Shown here in pieces: positions 26,853-37,100 of a DNA stretch of 64,000 nucleotides. The notes beneath the pieces were generated by a model. It had not been told where the DNA came from, did not search any database, and worked only from the letters and a program-made list of their open reading frames with translations. This stretch comes from Candidatus Omnitrophota bacterium (lineage in GTDB: Bacteria > Omnitrophota > Gorgyraeia > Gygaellales > JAQTUX01): contig JAQTUX010000001.1 of assembly GCA_028707125.1 (NCBI GenBank), positions 1,130,438 to 1,194,437 on the forward strand. Direction: 5' to 3'. Positions within the stretch are counted from its first letter, which is position 1; every line of letters begins with the position of its first letter. Both the position numbers and the translations under genes were made by a program.

Positions 26853-29800
26853 TTTTTATTAGATGTCCCTTCTTTCAATCCTATCGGTTCTGTGATCTCT
26901 TCTTTTGAATGATCATATTCCTTCTTATTACCACTTGGTGTAATGAGATACCCATCTACACCATTACTATCAGCATAAGGTACATCGCCTTGCCATGTGG
27001 CCGTTCTGCGGTCATAATAGTTTGAAAAGTTCTCATCATCATAATCTGGGCCGCTTTCCGCACCATGAGAATGATAATATGCAGTCCCATTAGGTGGTTT
27101 ATGACCGGGATCCGAACTGTGAGCTGAACCTTCTCGAGGAGGAGTATATGAATACGTTCCATCGCTATTACGATATATCCAACCGGCGTTTTCTCTGTCC
27201 TTCCTTACTGATGGCTCGTGGATATCGTTGAGAGCATCATTTGCAGCATCATCTTGCGTAGGATACCTATCTCCTGGCCTATATCCCCAAGGGTCTAATA
27301 AATTTACAGGGTTGTTGCGAACATACTTATAAAGATTAGAGCCGTCCATGTAATCAAAGGGATCCCTCTGCAAGAACCTCCCCAGCATTGGCGAGTAGTG
27401 GCGAGCCCTGTAGTAATACAGCCCTGTCTCAAGGTCATACTCCCTGCCGGTGAACATGTAGGGATTGCCGATGGATGAGGCAGTGGATGGCTTGCCGTAG
27501 GCGTCGTAGGTGTAGGATTCAACGGTTGAGCCGGATGAGTCGGTGAGAGCGGTCACGCTGCCGAAGCCGTCAAAGTGGTAATAGCAGCGGAGGTTTAAAC
27601 CTCCGCTACCGATCATACAGATCGGTTCATCAATACCTGGGCCGTAGATGTATTTCTTGGTTGGGTTGCCTTGGTCGTCATACTCGGCGATGATTTGGTC
27701 GCCGTCGTAGAGGAAGTTGGTGGTTTTGCCATCGACGGTCTTTGAGGTGCGCCTGCCAAAGGGGTCGTATGTGTAGATTGCTTCCCCGCCAAGATTCGTG
27801 GCGGGTCGCAATGACGATGCGCTGATTAGACGGTTCTCGTAGTCATAGGCGTAGGCGAAGCTGCCGTCATTAGCCAGGTTGCCGTTTGCGTCATAGGCGT
27901 AGTTAGTTGTGCCGACTTTTGTGTATTGGTTGAGGTTATTGGTGGTGTAGTTTGTCGTGCGGTTGCCTGTCTCATCATAGTCGTAGGCAGTGTCAAAGAA
28001 GGCAAAGCCGTCAGGGTAGTTGACGGCTGTTAGCTGGTAGGTCTTATCATATTCATAAGAGTGGTCGCCCTGTTCTGTCTGCATTGTCAAGCGGTTACCC
28101 GCGTTGTCGTAGGTGTAGGAATAGGGGTTAGGTATAGAGTTAGAGACATTGGTAAGGGTTGTCAGGCGGCTGGCTGGGTCATAGTCGTAGAGAGAATAGG
28201 TGTTGTTGGGATAGTCAAGCCGCGTCCTGCGGGAGAGGGGGTCGTAGGTGTAGGAGGCGACGGCCCCGCTTTGCCCCATAAATGGAGCAACTACATTAGT
28301 GAGACGGTTGAGTTCATCATATATATAGGTAATGTAGGTATTGTCCGGATATGTTAGTTTAGTACGATTGGAATTGGCGTCATATTCATAAAAGACGGAT
28401 TTATTGCCGGGAGAAGTTACCTTGCTGACGCGGTTGGCTGTATCATAGTCGTAATGTAGTGTTCCGGTTTGATCAATAATATCAAGCAGCCGGGAGCCGA
28501 TGTCATACACGTAGTCAACGCTTGATTTATCAGGATAGGTCTTTAAGTCCAGCCGGTTAAGCGGGTCATAGCCGTAGCTGATGATCTGGCCTTTGGGGTC
28601 TTTCTTGGCTGTGAGGTTGGAACTGAAGTCATAGGCGTATTCCTCTTTTGAGCCGTCAGCATAGGTGGTAGAGATGGGCCGGTCAAAGCTGTCATAGGCG
28701 TAGGTTGTGGTATTTCCTTTGGAGTCGGTAATTTCTTTGAGGTTGCTGTTTGCGTCGTAGGAGTATTCGGTAGTGTTGTCTGCGGCGTCGGTTACCTTCC
28801 ATAAGAGGTTACGTTCATCATATTCGTAGCAGGTAGAGTTGCCTTCTGCGTCCTCTACCTGGCTGCGGTTGCCGTTGGCATCGTAACTAAAGGTGGTGAT
28901 ATTGCCTAATTCGTCTTTTACGGTCTCTATACGGTCTAAAAGATCATAGGTGTAGTAGGTTGTCTGCCAGGGGTTATCCGTCTCACCTGTCTGCCTGCGG
29001 AGTTCAATCAAGTTATCATTCTCGTCATATTTATAGATGGTTTCGTAGTTAAAAGGCGGGCTGGATATAGCTTTAATCAGGTTATTGTGGCTGTCGTATT
29101 CAAAGGTGGTGGTGTTGCCTCTGGGGTCTGTCGTTGTCTTGAGGTTGCCTGCAGTATCATAGGTAAACTGGGTAGCGATGTTAAGAGCACCCTGTGCAGC
29201 GGTTGTCTTGATTAAGTAGCCGGTATCAGGGTTGTATTCGTAGGTAGTTACATTGTTATTGGAGTCGGTTACGCTTGTGAGCTGGCCAAAGGTATTGTAG
29301 GTGAAGGTTACCTCTGGCGTCCTGCCTGAGACAGCCGGATAGGTTATGTTTGTGAGGTTGCCTTTTGAGTCGTATTCATAGGTGGTGGTGCTGCCTTTGG
29401 GGTCGGTTGCGGTCTTAATCTGGTTAAAGCTCGACTCATAGGTAAAGGCAGTTACTATGTCATTTGCAGGGTCATTACTGTCAGGGGTGTTGGCTTTCTT
29501 ACGCCTGATTTCTAAGATGTTCCCCTTGTTATCATAGGTGTATTTGACCCAGTTGCCTCTGGGAGAGGTTATCCTGGTGCGCTCGCGGCCCTGGTTGTAT
29601 TCGTATTTGGTCTGATAATAAGAAGTGCCGGTATAATACTGCCTCTGGCTTTTTACTGTGCCGTTGGAATTGAGTTCGTATTCTGTCTTAAAACCCCTGG
29701 GGTCAATAAGGGTAGTGAGGTTGGTCTTGTAGGTAAATTGGTATTTGCCGCCTGCGTAGACAAGTTCCTTGACGCGGCTGTCCTCATCATACTCCAAAGA

Positions 29801-30673
29801 TAGGTATTGGCTGCCTCGGGCATCGGCGATAGAGGTTAGCCGGTGTTTATCGTCATAGGTATATACGGTGGTTGTGCCTGCGGGATAATCCTCTGTGGGA
29901 GGAGTAGTTACATAGATTGGGTTGCCGTCTGAATCGTATTCATATGAAGTCAGGCGGCCGCTGAAGTCCCTTAGCCGGCTTACCTTATGTTCAGGATTAT
30001 AGGTAAACTCAATAAAGCGGCCTGAACTGTCGCTAACCTTACTCAATACGGCTGTTTGCGGGTCATACTCCAGAGAGATGACATTATTGTTTCGGTCGGT
30101 AATTGAATTCAGGCGGCCTTCTAAGCCAAAACGATAGATTAAACCGTGCTTATCATGGATAACATAGCCGCCTGCCTCTTTGGTCAAAGTATCGTAACAG
30201 CCGGCAGGAGCTGTGTAAGAGCCGTCGGAATTCTGCAGGAACTTGTCCTTTGAGCCGTTGGCATTGCGCCTTAGAACGTAATCCTCCCTACCGTCTGAAA
30301 ACTCCAACAGGAAGATGTTGTAACTGTGGCTTGTGCCTATGCCAAATGGGCCCTCGTAGGCATCTAAACTACTGTAGAAACGCCTTATCTCTAAGGGGAG
30401 GCCTCGTGAGGGGACAAATAAGTCCTTATTTTGGTAGAAGAAATTACCGTTTGAGATGTCAACAGGGTCTGCTGCCTCTGTCCTGTTCTTCTGGTTTATA
30501 TCAGGGGGCTGGGCCGCTGCAGCGTCTGAGGCGTCTACTCCGCCCTCCCCGGAAGCAAGCGAGGCGTCATTCCAACAAGGAAGCTCGGCAAATGCTACTG
30601 GAGATAGAAAAATATTAAAGGCAAAGAAGAAAAGCGTAAATACCGAGATAACCTTTAAGAGGCGGCTATTCAT
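26849..30673 (-). CDS. RHS-repeat protein (1274 aa) with C-terminal DUF4329-like toxin domain
   Basis: Signal peptide and dozens of YD repeats. The RHS core ends ...YYYRARHYSPMLGRFLQRDP...NLLDPWGY. The tail GWIYRNSDGTYSYT...AYYHSHGAESGPDYDDENFS...DGYLITPSGNKKEY resembles DUF4329, as I recall it. Confidence 0.8.
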   Translation of the reverse strand: MNSRLLKVISVFTLFFFAFNIFLSPVAFAELPCWNDASLASGEGGVDASDAAAAQPPDINQKNRTEAADPVDISNGNFFYQNKDLFVPSRGLPLEIRRFYSSLDAYEGPFGIGTSHSYNIFLLEFSDGREDYVLRRNANGSKDKFLQNSDGSYTAPAGCYDTLTKEAGGYVIHDKHGLIYRFGLEGRLNSITDRNNNVISLEYDPQTAVLSKVSDSSGRFIEFTYNPEHKVSRLRDFSGRLTSYEYDSDGNPIYVTTPPTEDYPAGTTTVYTYDDKHRLTSIADARGSQYLSLEYDEDSRVKELVYAGGKYQFTYKTNLTTLIDPRGFKTEYELNSNGTVKSQRQYYTGTSYYQTKYEYNQGRERTRITSPRGNWVKYTYDNKGNILEIRRKKANTPDSNDPANDIVTAFTYESSFNQIKTATDPKGSTTTYEYDSKGNLTNITYPAVSGRTPEVTFTYNTFGQLTSVTDSNNNVTTYEYNPDTGYLIKTTAAQGALNIATQFTYDTAGNLKTTTDPRGNTTTFEYDSHNNLIKAISSPPFNYETIYKYDENDNLIELRRQTGETDNPWQTTYYTYDLLDRIETVKDELGNITTFSYDANGNRSQVEDAEGNSTCYEYDERNLLWKVTDAADNTTEYSYDANSNLKEITDSKGNTTTYAYDSFDRPISTTYADGSKEEYAYDFSSNLTAKKDPKGQIISYGYDPLNRLDLKTYPDKSSVDYVYDIGSRLLDIIDQTGTLHYDYDTANRVSKVTSPGNKSVFYEYDANSNRTKLTYPDNTYITYIYDELNRLTNVVAPFMGQSGAVASYTYDPLSRRTRLDYPNNTYSLYDYDPASRLTTLTNVSNSIPNPYSYTYDNAGNRLTMQTEQGDHSYEYDKTYQLTAVNYPDGFAFFDTAYDYDETGNRTTNYTTNNLNQYTKVGTTNYAYDANGNLANDGSFAYAYDYENRLISASSLRPATNLGGEAIYTYDPFGRRTSKTVDGKTTNFLYDGDQIIAEYDDQGNPTKKYIYGPGIDEPICMIGSGGLNLRCYYHFDGFGSVTALTDSSGSTVESYTYDAYGKPSTASSIGNPYMFTGREYDLETGLYYYRARHYSPMLGRFLQRDPFDYMDGSNLYKYVRNNPVNLLDPWGYRPGDRYPTQDDAANDALNDIHEPSVRKDRENAGWIYRNSDGTYSYTPPREGSAHSSDPGHKPPNGTAYYHSHGAESGPDYDDENFSNYYDRRTATWQGDVPYADSNGVDGYLITPSGNKKEYDHSKEEITEPIGLKEGTSNKK
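27359..27573. repeat. Direct repeat copy B (inside the RHS core coding region)
   Basis: Identical to 26046..26259. Confidence 0.85.
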
Positions 30674-31103
30674 CTGCTTCCTTGTTGTTGATTACAACCT
30701 CTTTTATTCCAATGGCCGAGGGGCCGGATTTATCCCAGAAATTAACAATTATTTTATGCGTGCCATTTTCGTATTGGGCGGTATCTAAAACACAACCGAA
30801 GGAGAACCGCGCATCGCTGCCTTCTTCAATGCCTGTAGTCTGGTGAATCAATTGTTCATCTAAAAAATACTCTACCAGATACCTATCCCGTTCTATTTTA
30901 TCAGGAACGAGGCTGATGTTAACAAAAATTTTCCCGTAAACCTCCAGCGGCTCTAATTTAGGCGCGGGCGCTGTCATCTTAGAGGTGCTTTCTTTGGGAA
31001 AGATTAGTTCCAAAAGCAATTGTTTGTCGGGCGCCTCTTTTGCTAATGCGCTAAAGTAAAACAAAGTGATAAAAACCATAAGCCAAAAAAACTTCTTCAT
31101 CAT
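30666..31103 (-). CDS. Secreted hypothetical protein
   Basis: Signal peptide MMKKFFWLMVFITLFYFSALA. It overlaps the RHS start by 8 nt. Confidence 0.45.
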   Translation of the reverse strand: MMKKFFWLMVFITLFYFSALAKEAPDKQLLLELIFPKESTSKMTAPAPKLEPLEVYGKIFVNISLVPDKIERDRYLVEYFLDEQLIHQTTGIEEGSDARFSFGCVLDTAQYENGTHKIIVNFWDKSGPSAIGIKEVVINNKEADE

Positions 31104-31119
31104 CTTACCCGCCTTTATG

Positions 31120-34100
31120 CTAATAGAAAATTTCTGTATGTAAGGTATAACCTTCCGAGTAATTTCCGTCTTTTTCCGCCTGGATTACTGCTCTATAGAA
31201 ACCTTCGGCTAACAACTTTCCCTGGTTATTTCTGCCGTCCCAGATAAAAGAATTACTACCCTGCGCGCAGGGATGGTTATTCAGCAAATTACGCACCGGA
31301 TTGCCTTCAGAATCATAAATATTTATCGTAACATTGGCGTCTCTGGGAAGAATAAAAGAAATTATGCTTTCTGAAACAGATGTACTGTAAGGATTGTCAT
31401 AAGGGCTAAAACGCATCGGCCCGACAGCCGGCCTGCTGATTACAGGCCTGCCTCCCACCACCATAATAGAATTCTCATCCAATGTATAGCCCCAGATAGC
31501 AAAGGTAAAATCAGCGGGGTTAACAAAATTTCCCGCCTCATCCCTGCCGTCCCAGAGTATCTGATGCATGCCTGAAGAAACCGGCTCCTGATATTTTAAC
31601 ACCCTGACAGCCGGGCCAGAATATCTCTCGTAGCGGACCTTGAGGTTTATTTTGGCTGCCTGGGGTAAAGTATAATTTATGACGCAGAATTGATTTAAAA
31701 GCGGCTTAAAGTCGCCGGCAGAGAGAGTAATGCTTTTAGAGATATCCCTTCCGCCTGTGCCGCGCGGGTCATAGACAACCATGGGCCTGCCGCCTGCGCT
31801 ATCCTCAATGATAAAATAGTATGCACCATCAGGCACAATCCTGCCGGTGTTATCTTTTCCGTCCCAGGACTCTGAGTAAGCGCCTGCCTGCCGATCTTGA
31901 TTTAGAATAATATTTTTTACTAATTCGTCCCTGCTATTATAAACCTTAATGCTTAAAATGCCTTCGTGTGACATTCTATAAGATATGGTTACTGCCCCTC
32001 CTGTGTAAGGATTGATTTTGTCCGTAGAAATACGGATGTTAGAAATAAACAATATGGAGACATTCAGATAAACAGAAGATACCTCTTCTCCGTTCTCTGC
32101 TCTGGCGCCTATTTTTATGGTATATCTTCCTTCAGGAAGGTATGCGCCCTGCTCGTCTTTACCGTCCCAGATTGTGCTATGGTTACCATAAGAAAGGAAT
32201 TGATTGTCTGTTAACTTTCTCACCAAGGCGCTTTGCTGGTTATAAATCTCTACGCTGACATAAGAATTCTCGGATAGACTATAAGAAATGGCGGTTGTTT
32301 CGTCTACGCCGTCACCGTCCGGAGAGAAGGGATTGGGCGTAATTCTGGCAGTAGTGATAAATACATTTTTGCTCACGTTAATTGTCGCTGCCTTCTGTCT
32401 GTTAACGCTTCCCGCATTTACAATAAGCGTATATGTGCCATTGGGAACCGGGTTGCCGTTCTGGTCGCGGCCATTCCATTGCAGATTTATCAAGTTGCTC
32501 TGGGGCTCCGGAGTCAATACTCCATAAACAAACTGCCTGACTATTTGACCGTTACTGTCAAGAACCTTAATATCAAAAAAGCCCTGTTTAGTGGTTGTAA
32601 AGGAAATGTTGGCGATATCATCCAGGATGCGGTTAGGGCCGGGGTCGTTGAATATTTCTCCTGTATCTATGTCTACCCAGGTGCCGCTTTCGTCCGGAGA
32701 AAAGGGATTTGGCATAACCGAAATATCGCCTATATCAGGAATTTCATTTGATAAAGAAATACTATAACTACCCCTAGCATCAATATTGTGGTCAGAGACA
32801 AAAATGTAATAAATCCCTGCTGCAGGCAAAGAATGAATGATGCTGCCGGAAGTAGAGTCGGCGATCATCTTCCCTGCGTTATCATAGAGCCACACATAAG
32901 GAGAAAAATAATTATTACCGCTGACTTTAGAAAAACATATATCCGCGTATAAATTATCTCCTTCATTTATGGTAAATCTGTATACATCCATATCTATAGG
33001 CGAGGAGATCTCAGAGGTTACTGTCTCGCCGAAGGCGATATTTGTTGCATTTGCCGGATTATTTAAATTCTGCACGCTCATCTTATACCCGCCTGTCTTG
33101 TAGTTATTATAATCCATTGCGTAGATGTAGTAGGTGCCTGCCCGGGCAAGTGAGACACTTAAGGATGTTGAGGTAGAGGTATAAATCCTGTTAAGCTGAT
33201 TGCCATTGTCGTCATAGACGGCTATGTAAGGCGTAAATACCCCTGTTGTCTTGATGAGATTTATAATCAGAGTATCTGCCGCGCTTACTGTAAAGGAGTA
33301 GGCATCTATTTCAGCGGGAGCCGAGATAGCGGCGTCTATGGTCTGACCCGCAGTTAAGGCAACTGCTCCTGCCGGGTTGTTGAGCCGCTGCAGGCTAAAG
33401 GAATAATTTCCTGAACTTACATATGTAGTGTCAATAATATTTACATATTCATAGTCCGTAAGAATGAGCGCGTATCTGCCTGTCTTGGGAAGCTTCTCCA
33501 TGAAATGGTTATCTATTGTATCTGTTGCGGTTGATGTTGAATTCAAATGATTGCCTGTATCGTCATAAAGTGCGGCAGAGACATTAAAATTGCTACTGCC
33601 TCCTGTCTTGGCTAAGGCGACGTAGATATAGTCGTCTTTATTGGCATTAAAGGTATAGGACTTAAGGGGAATAAGGGGCGATAACAGGCCTGACTTGCTT
33701 TGGCCAAGAGAGATCTCCTCTGCCTGGGCTGGATCATTCATCCGCTGAGCCGTTAAAGCATATGTGCCTGTATGTATGCCAGAGTGGTCGGTTACAGTAA
33801 GCATGAATGTACCTGCGGTAGCAGGCCGGACAAATAAACAGCTGGCTGTCCGGGTATCGCCAGAGGCAATATCTCCACCTTGGGAGTCAAACAGGCGAAG
33901 GTATGGCCGGAATTTATCTCCTCCTCCTATCTTGGCAAAAAGTATGTAGATATTATCGTCTTTAGAGACACTAAGAGAGTATGTGGCAGTAGGGCTGTCG
34001 GATGAGATTGCGCCTGTGACTGTAGTGCCGAAGGAGAGCTGGGTAATATCAGGATTGTTGACGCTCTGCACGCTCATCTTATACACGCCTGTCTTGTAGT

Positions 34101-37100
34101 TATCTTTGTCCCTTACGTAGATGTAGTAGGTACCTGCTCGGGCAAGTGGCACGTTTAAAGATGTTGAAGTATAGGTATAATCGCTTTCAAGCGGATTACC
34201 CTTATCGTCAAAGACCACTATGTAAGGTATAAACGTCCCTATTGCCCAGGTGAGGTTTATAATCAAAGCATCTGCTGCGCTTACTGTAAAGGAGTAGGCG
34301 TCTATTTCAGTTGGCTTTGAAATAGTGGTATCTATGGTCTGACCCGCAGTTAAGGCAACTGCTCCTGCCGGGTTGTTGAGCCGCTGCAGAGTCAAGGCAT
34401 AATTACCTGTATTCTGGCCTGTCAGATCTGAAATAGACAGAATAAACCTGCCTGAATAAGGTAAATGTTGCAATAAGTGATTAACTCCTTCTTGCGGCCA
34501 GGAGTATTTGGTATCCGCCGACTCGATAAGATTACCAGTTGAATTATATAGTTTTAAACGAGGACTAAGATTACCGCTTGTTTTAGCAAAAGGCACGTAG
34601 ATCAGGTCGTCCTTGTTGGCATTGAAGGTATAGGTAGTTACGGGCCTGCCTGCTGAGACTATGCCGGTGACCGTAGAGCCAAACTCAAGATTGGCCTGGG
34701 GGTTATTTACGCTCTGCAGGGTTATAGTATAACTGCCTGTCCCATAATCAGAGTCATTCCCTACATGGATATAATAAGTGCCTGCCTGAGGCAGAGCCAC
34801 CCGTAAAGTGAAAGCGACAGTTGACTCCGGGTAGATATACGCGCTTGTTGTGCCCAGTCGCTTGCCTTCGCTGTTATATATATCTATATAAGGTCGGAAT
34901 TGACCGGAGGATTTGATAAGGTCTATAAACAGAAAATCGGCCGAGGTAGATGTGAAGCGATAGAAGTCAATTTCAGCAGGTGTTAATATGGAGGCGGATA
35001 TGGTTTGGCCGGCTGAAAGTTCTACTGCGCCGCCTGGGTTATTCAGCCGCTGCAGGGTCAGAGAATAATTGCCTGTGTTTGTACCGGTAGAATCCGATAC
35101 AACTAACGCATATCTGTCTGTTGCCGGGAGTACCTTACTAAGGGTAGCGGATCCTGTGGTAGATACATAATCAATGCGAGCACCGCTTGAGTTAAACAGC
35201 TGAAGATGTGGCTTGAAGTTACTGCCTGCTGTCTTAGCAAAAGGTATATAGAGCTGGTCGTCCTTGTTAGCGTTAAAGGTGTAGGTAGTTGCGGGGCTGG
35301 CGGCTGAGATTGTGCCGGTAACTGTGGAGCCGAACTCAAGATTGGGAACCTCTTGGCTATTTACGCCCTGCAGGGTTATGGTATAACTGCCTGCAGCATC
35401 TACATTATCGTCGGAAATTAAAATGTGGTATGTCCCTGTAACTGATAATAAATGAACTATTCTGTCAGAGGCGTACTCAGCAACCATCCCCCCTTTATTG
35501 TCATAGAGCCGCACATAGGGAGAGAAAGAACTATTACCGCTGACTTGAGAGAAACGTATATCCGCGTATAAATTATCTCCTTCATTTACGGTAAACCTGT
35601 ATACATCCATATCTATAGGCGAGGAGATCTCAGAGGTTACTGTCTCGTTGGGAGTAATATCCACCGCGCCGCCTGGGTTGTTGAACCGCTGAGCGGTCAG
35701 AGTGTAATCACCTGTGTTGGTGCCGGTGTAATCTGAAACAATGCAAGTGAAAGTACCTGAAGAGTCCGCCTTTTCAATCCGATAAAAGGTTGTATCGGTA
35801 CTTGCTGATTCAATATATGTGGTAGCTGAACCAAACAGCTGCAACCGCGGTCGAAGAGTACCTCCTGTATTGGCAGCAGCAATATAAATATAGTCATCCT
35901 TGTCAGCATTAAAGGTGTAAGTGTCAGAGGGACTGTCGGCTGAGATTGTTCCAGTGACAGTAGAGCCGAATTCGAGGTTGGGAATATCGGGATTGTTTGT
36001 GCTCTGCAGGGTTATCGAGTAGGTACCTGTTGAATAGTCGCCTGTATAGTAGCTGGTGCCGTCTATTACGTATACGTAATATGTACCTGCTCGGGGAAGC
36101 GATACATTGAAATTCAAGGAAGCAGTCGAGTCCCAGACGAGGTCTCCTGCTCCCAACCAATCACCTCGACTGTCATATATCTCCACGCTAGGCCTAAATT
36201 CTCCTCCCGTCTTGATCAAATTGATAATTAAGGAACCGGCCGAGGCGGCGGTGAATCTGTAGGCGTCAATCTCGGTAGGAGACGATATAGAGGCAGACAA
36301 TGTCTGTCCGTCCGAAAGCTCTACCGTCCCACCCGGGTTGTTCATTCGTTGCACGGTCAGAGTGTAATCACCTGTGTTGGTGCCGGAAACATCTGAGACG
36401 GCGAGAGTAAAGGTGCCTGAGGAATTGAGTTTGCCGTATAAGCAGCCGGGTATCAGCATCAAGGGGAATTCCTCGTATGGCTCGGATAAATAGAGACCTG
36501 AAGCATCAAACAGCTGTGGCTGCGGCTGCAGGCTGCCGCCGGTATTGGCAAAAGGTATGTAAATATAGTCGTCCTTCTCGGCGCTAAAGGTGTAATAAAT
36601 AACGGGGCTGCTCTCTGAGATTGTGCCGGTGACCGTGGAGCCGAACTCAAGCTCGGTAATCTCGGGATTGCTTACGTCGCGCAGGGATATTGAGTAGCTG
36701 CCTGTGTTATATAACAAAGAATCCATTACATATATATAATATGGCCCTCCTTCGGGAAGTAAGATACCTAAAGTACCTGAATCATATATGGTTTTATAAC
36801 CCAAGATATTACCCTTTGTATCATGCGCTTCTACGTAAAGTTCGGATGAGCCGGAGGATTTGGTAAGATCTATCAGTAAAGAACCATCTGAGGTAGATGT
36901 GAAACTATAGGCATCTATCTCGGTAGGGGCCGATATATCGGCAGACAAGGTTTGGCCGGCTGAAAGTTCTACTGCACCGTCTGGGTTATTCAATCGCTGC
37001 GCGGTTAACACATAATTACCGGCGCGCATACCGGTGTAGTCTGAAACGGTGAGATTAAAGGTGCCCGAAGAAGTAATCTTACCGGATAAGTATGCGGTTG

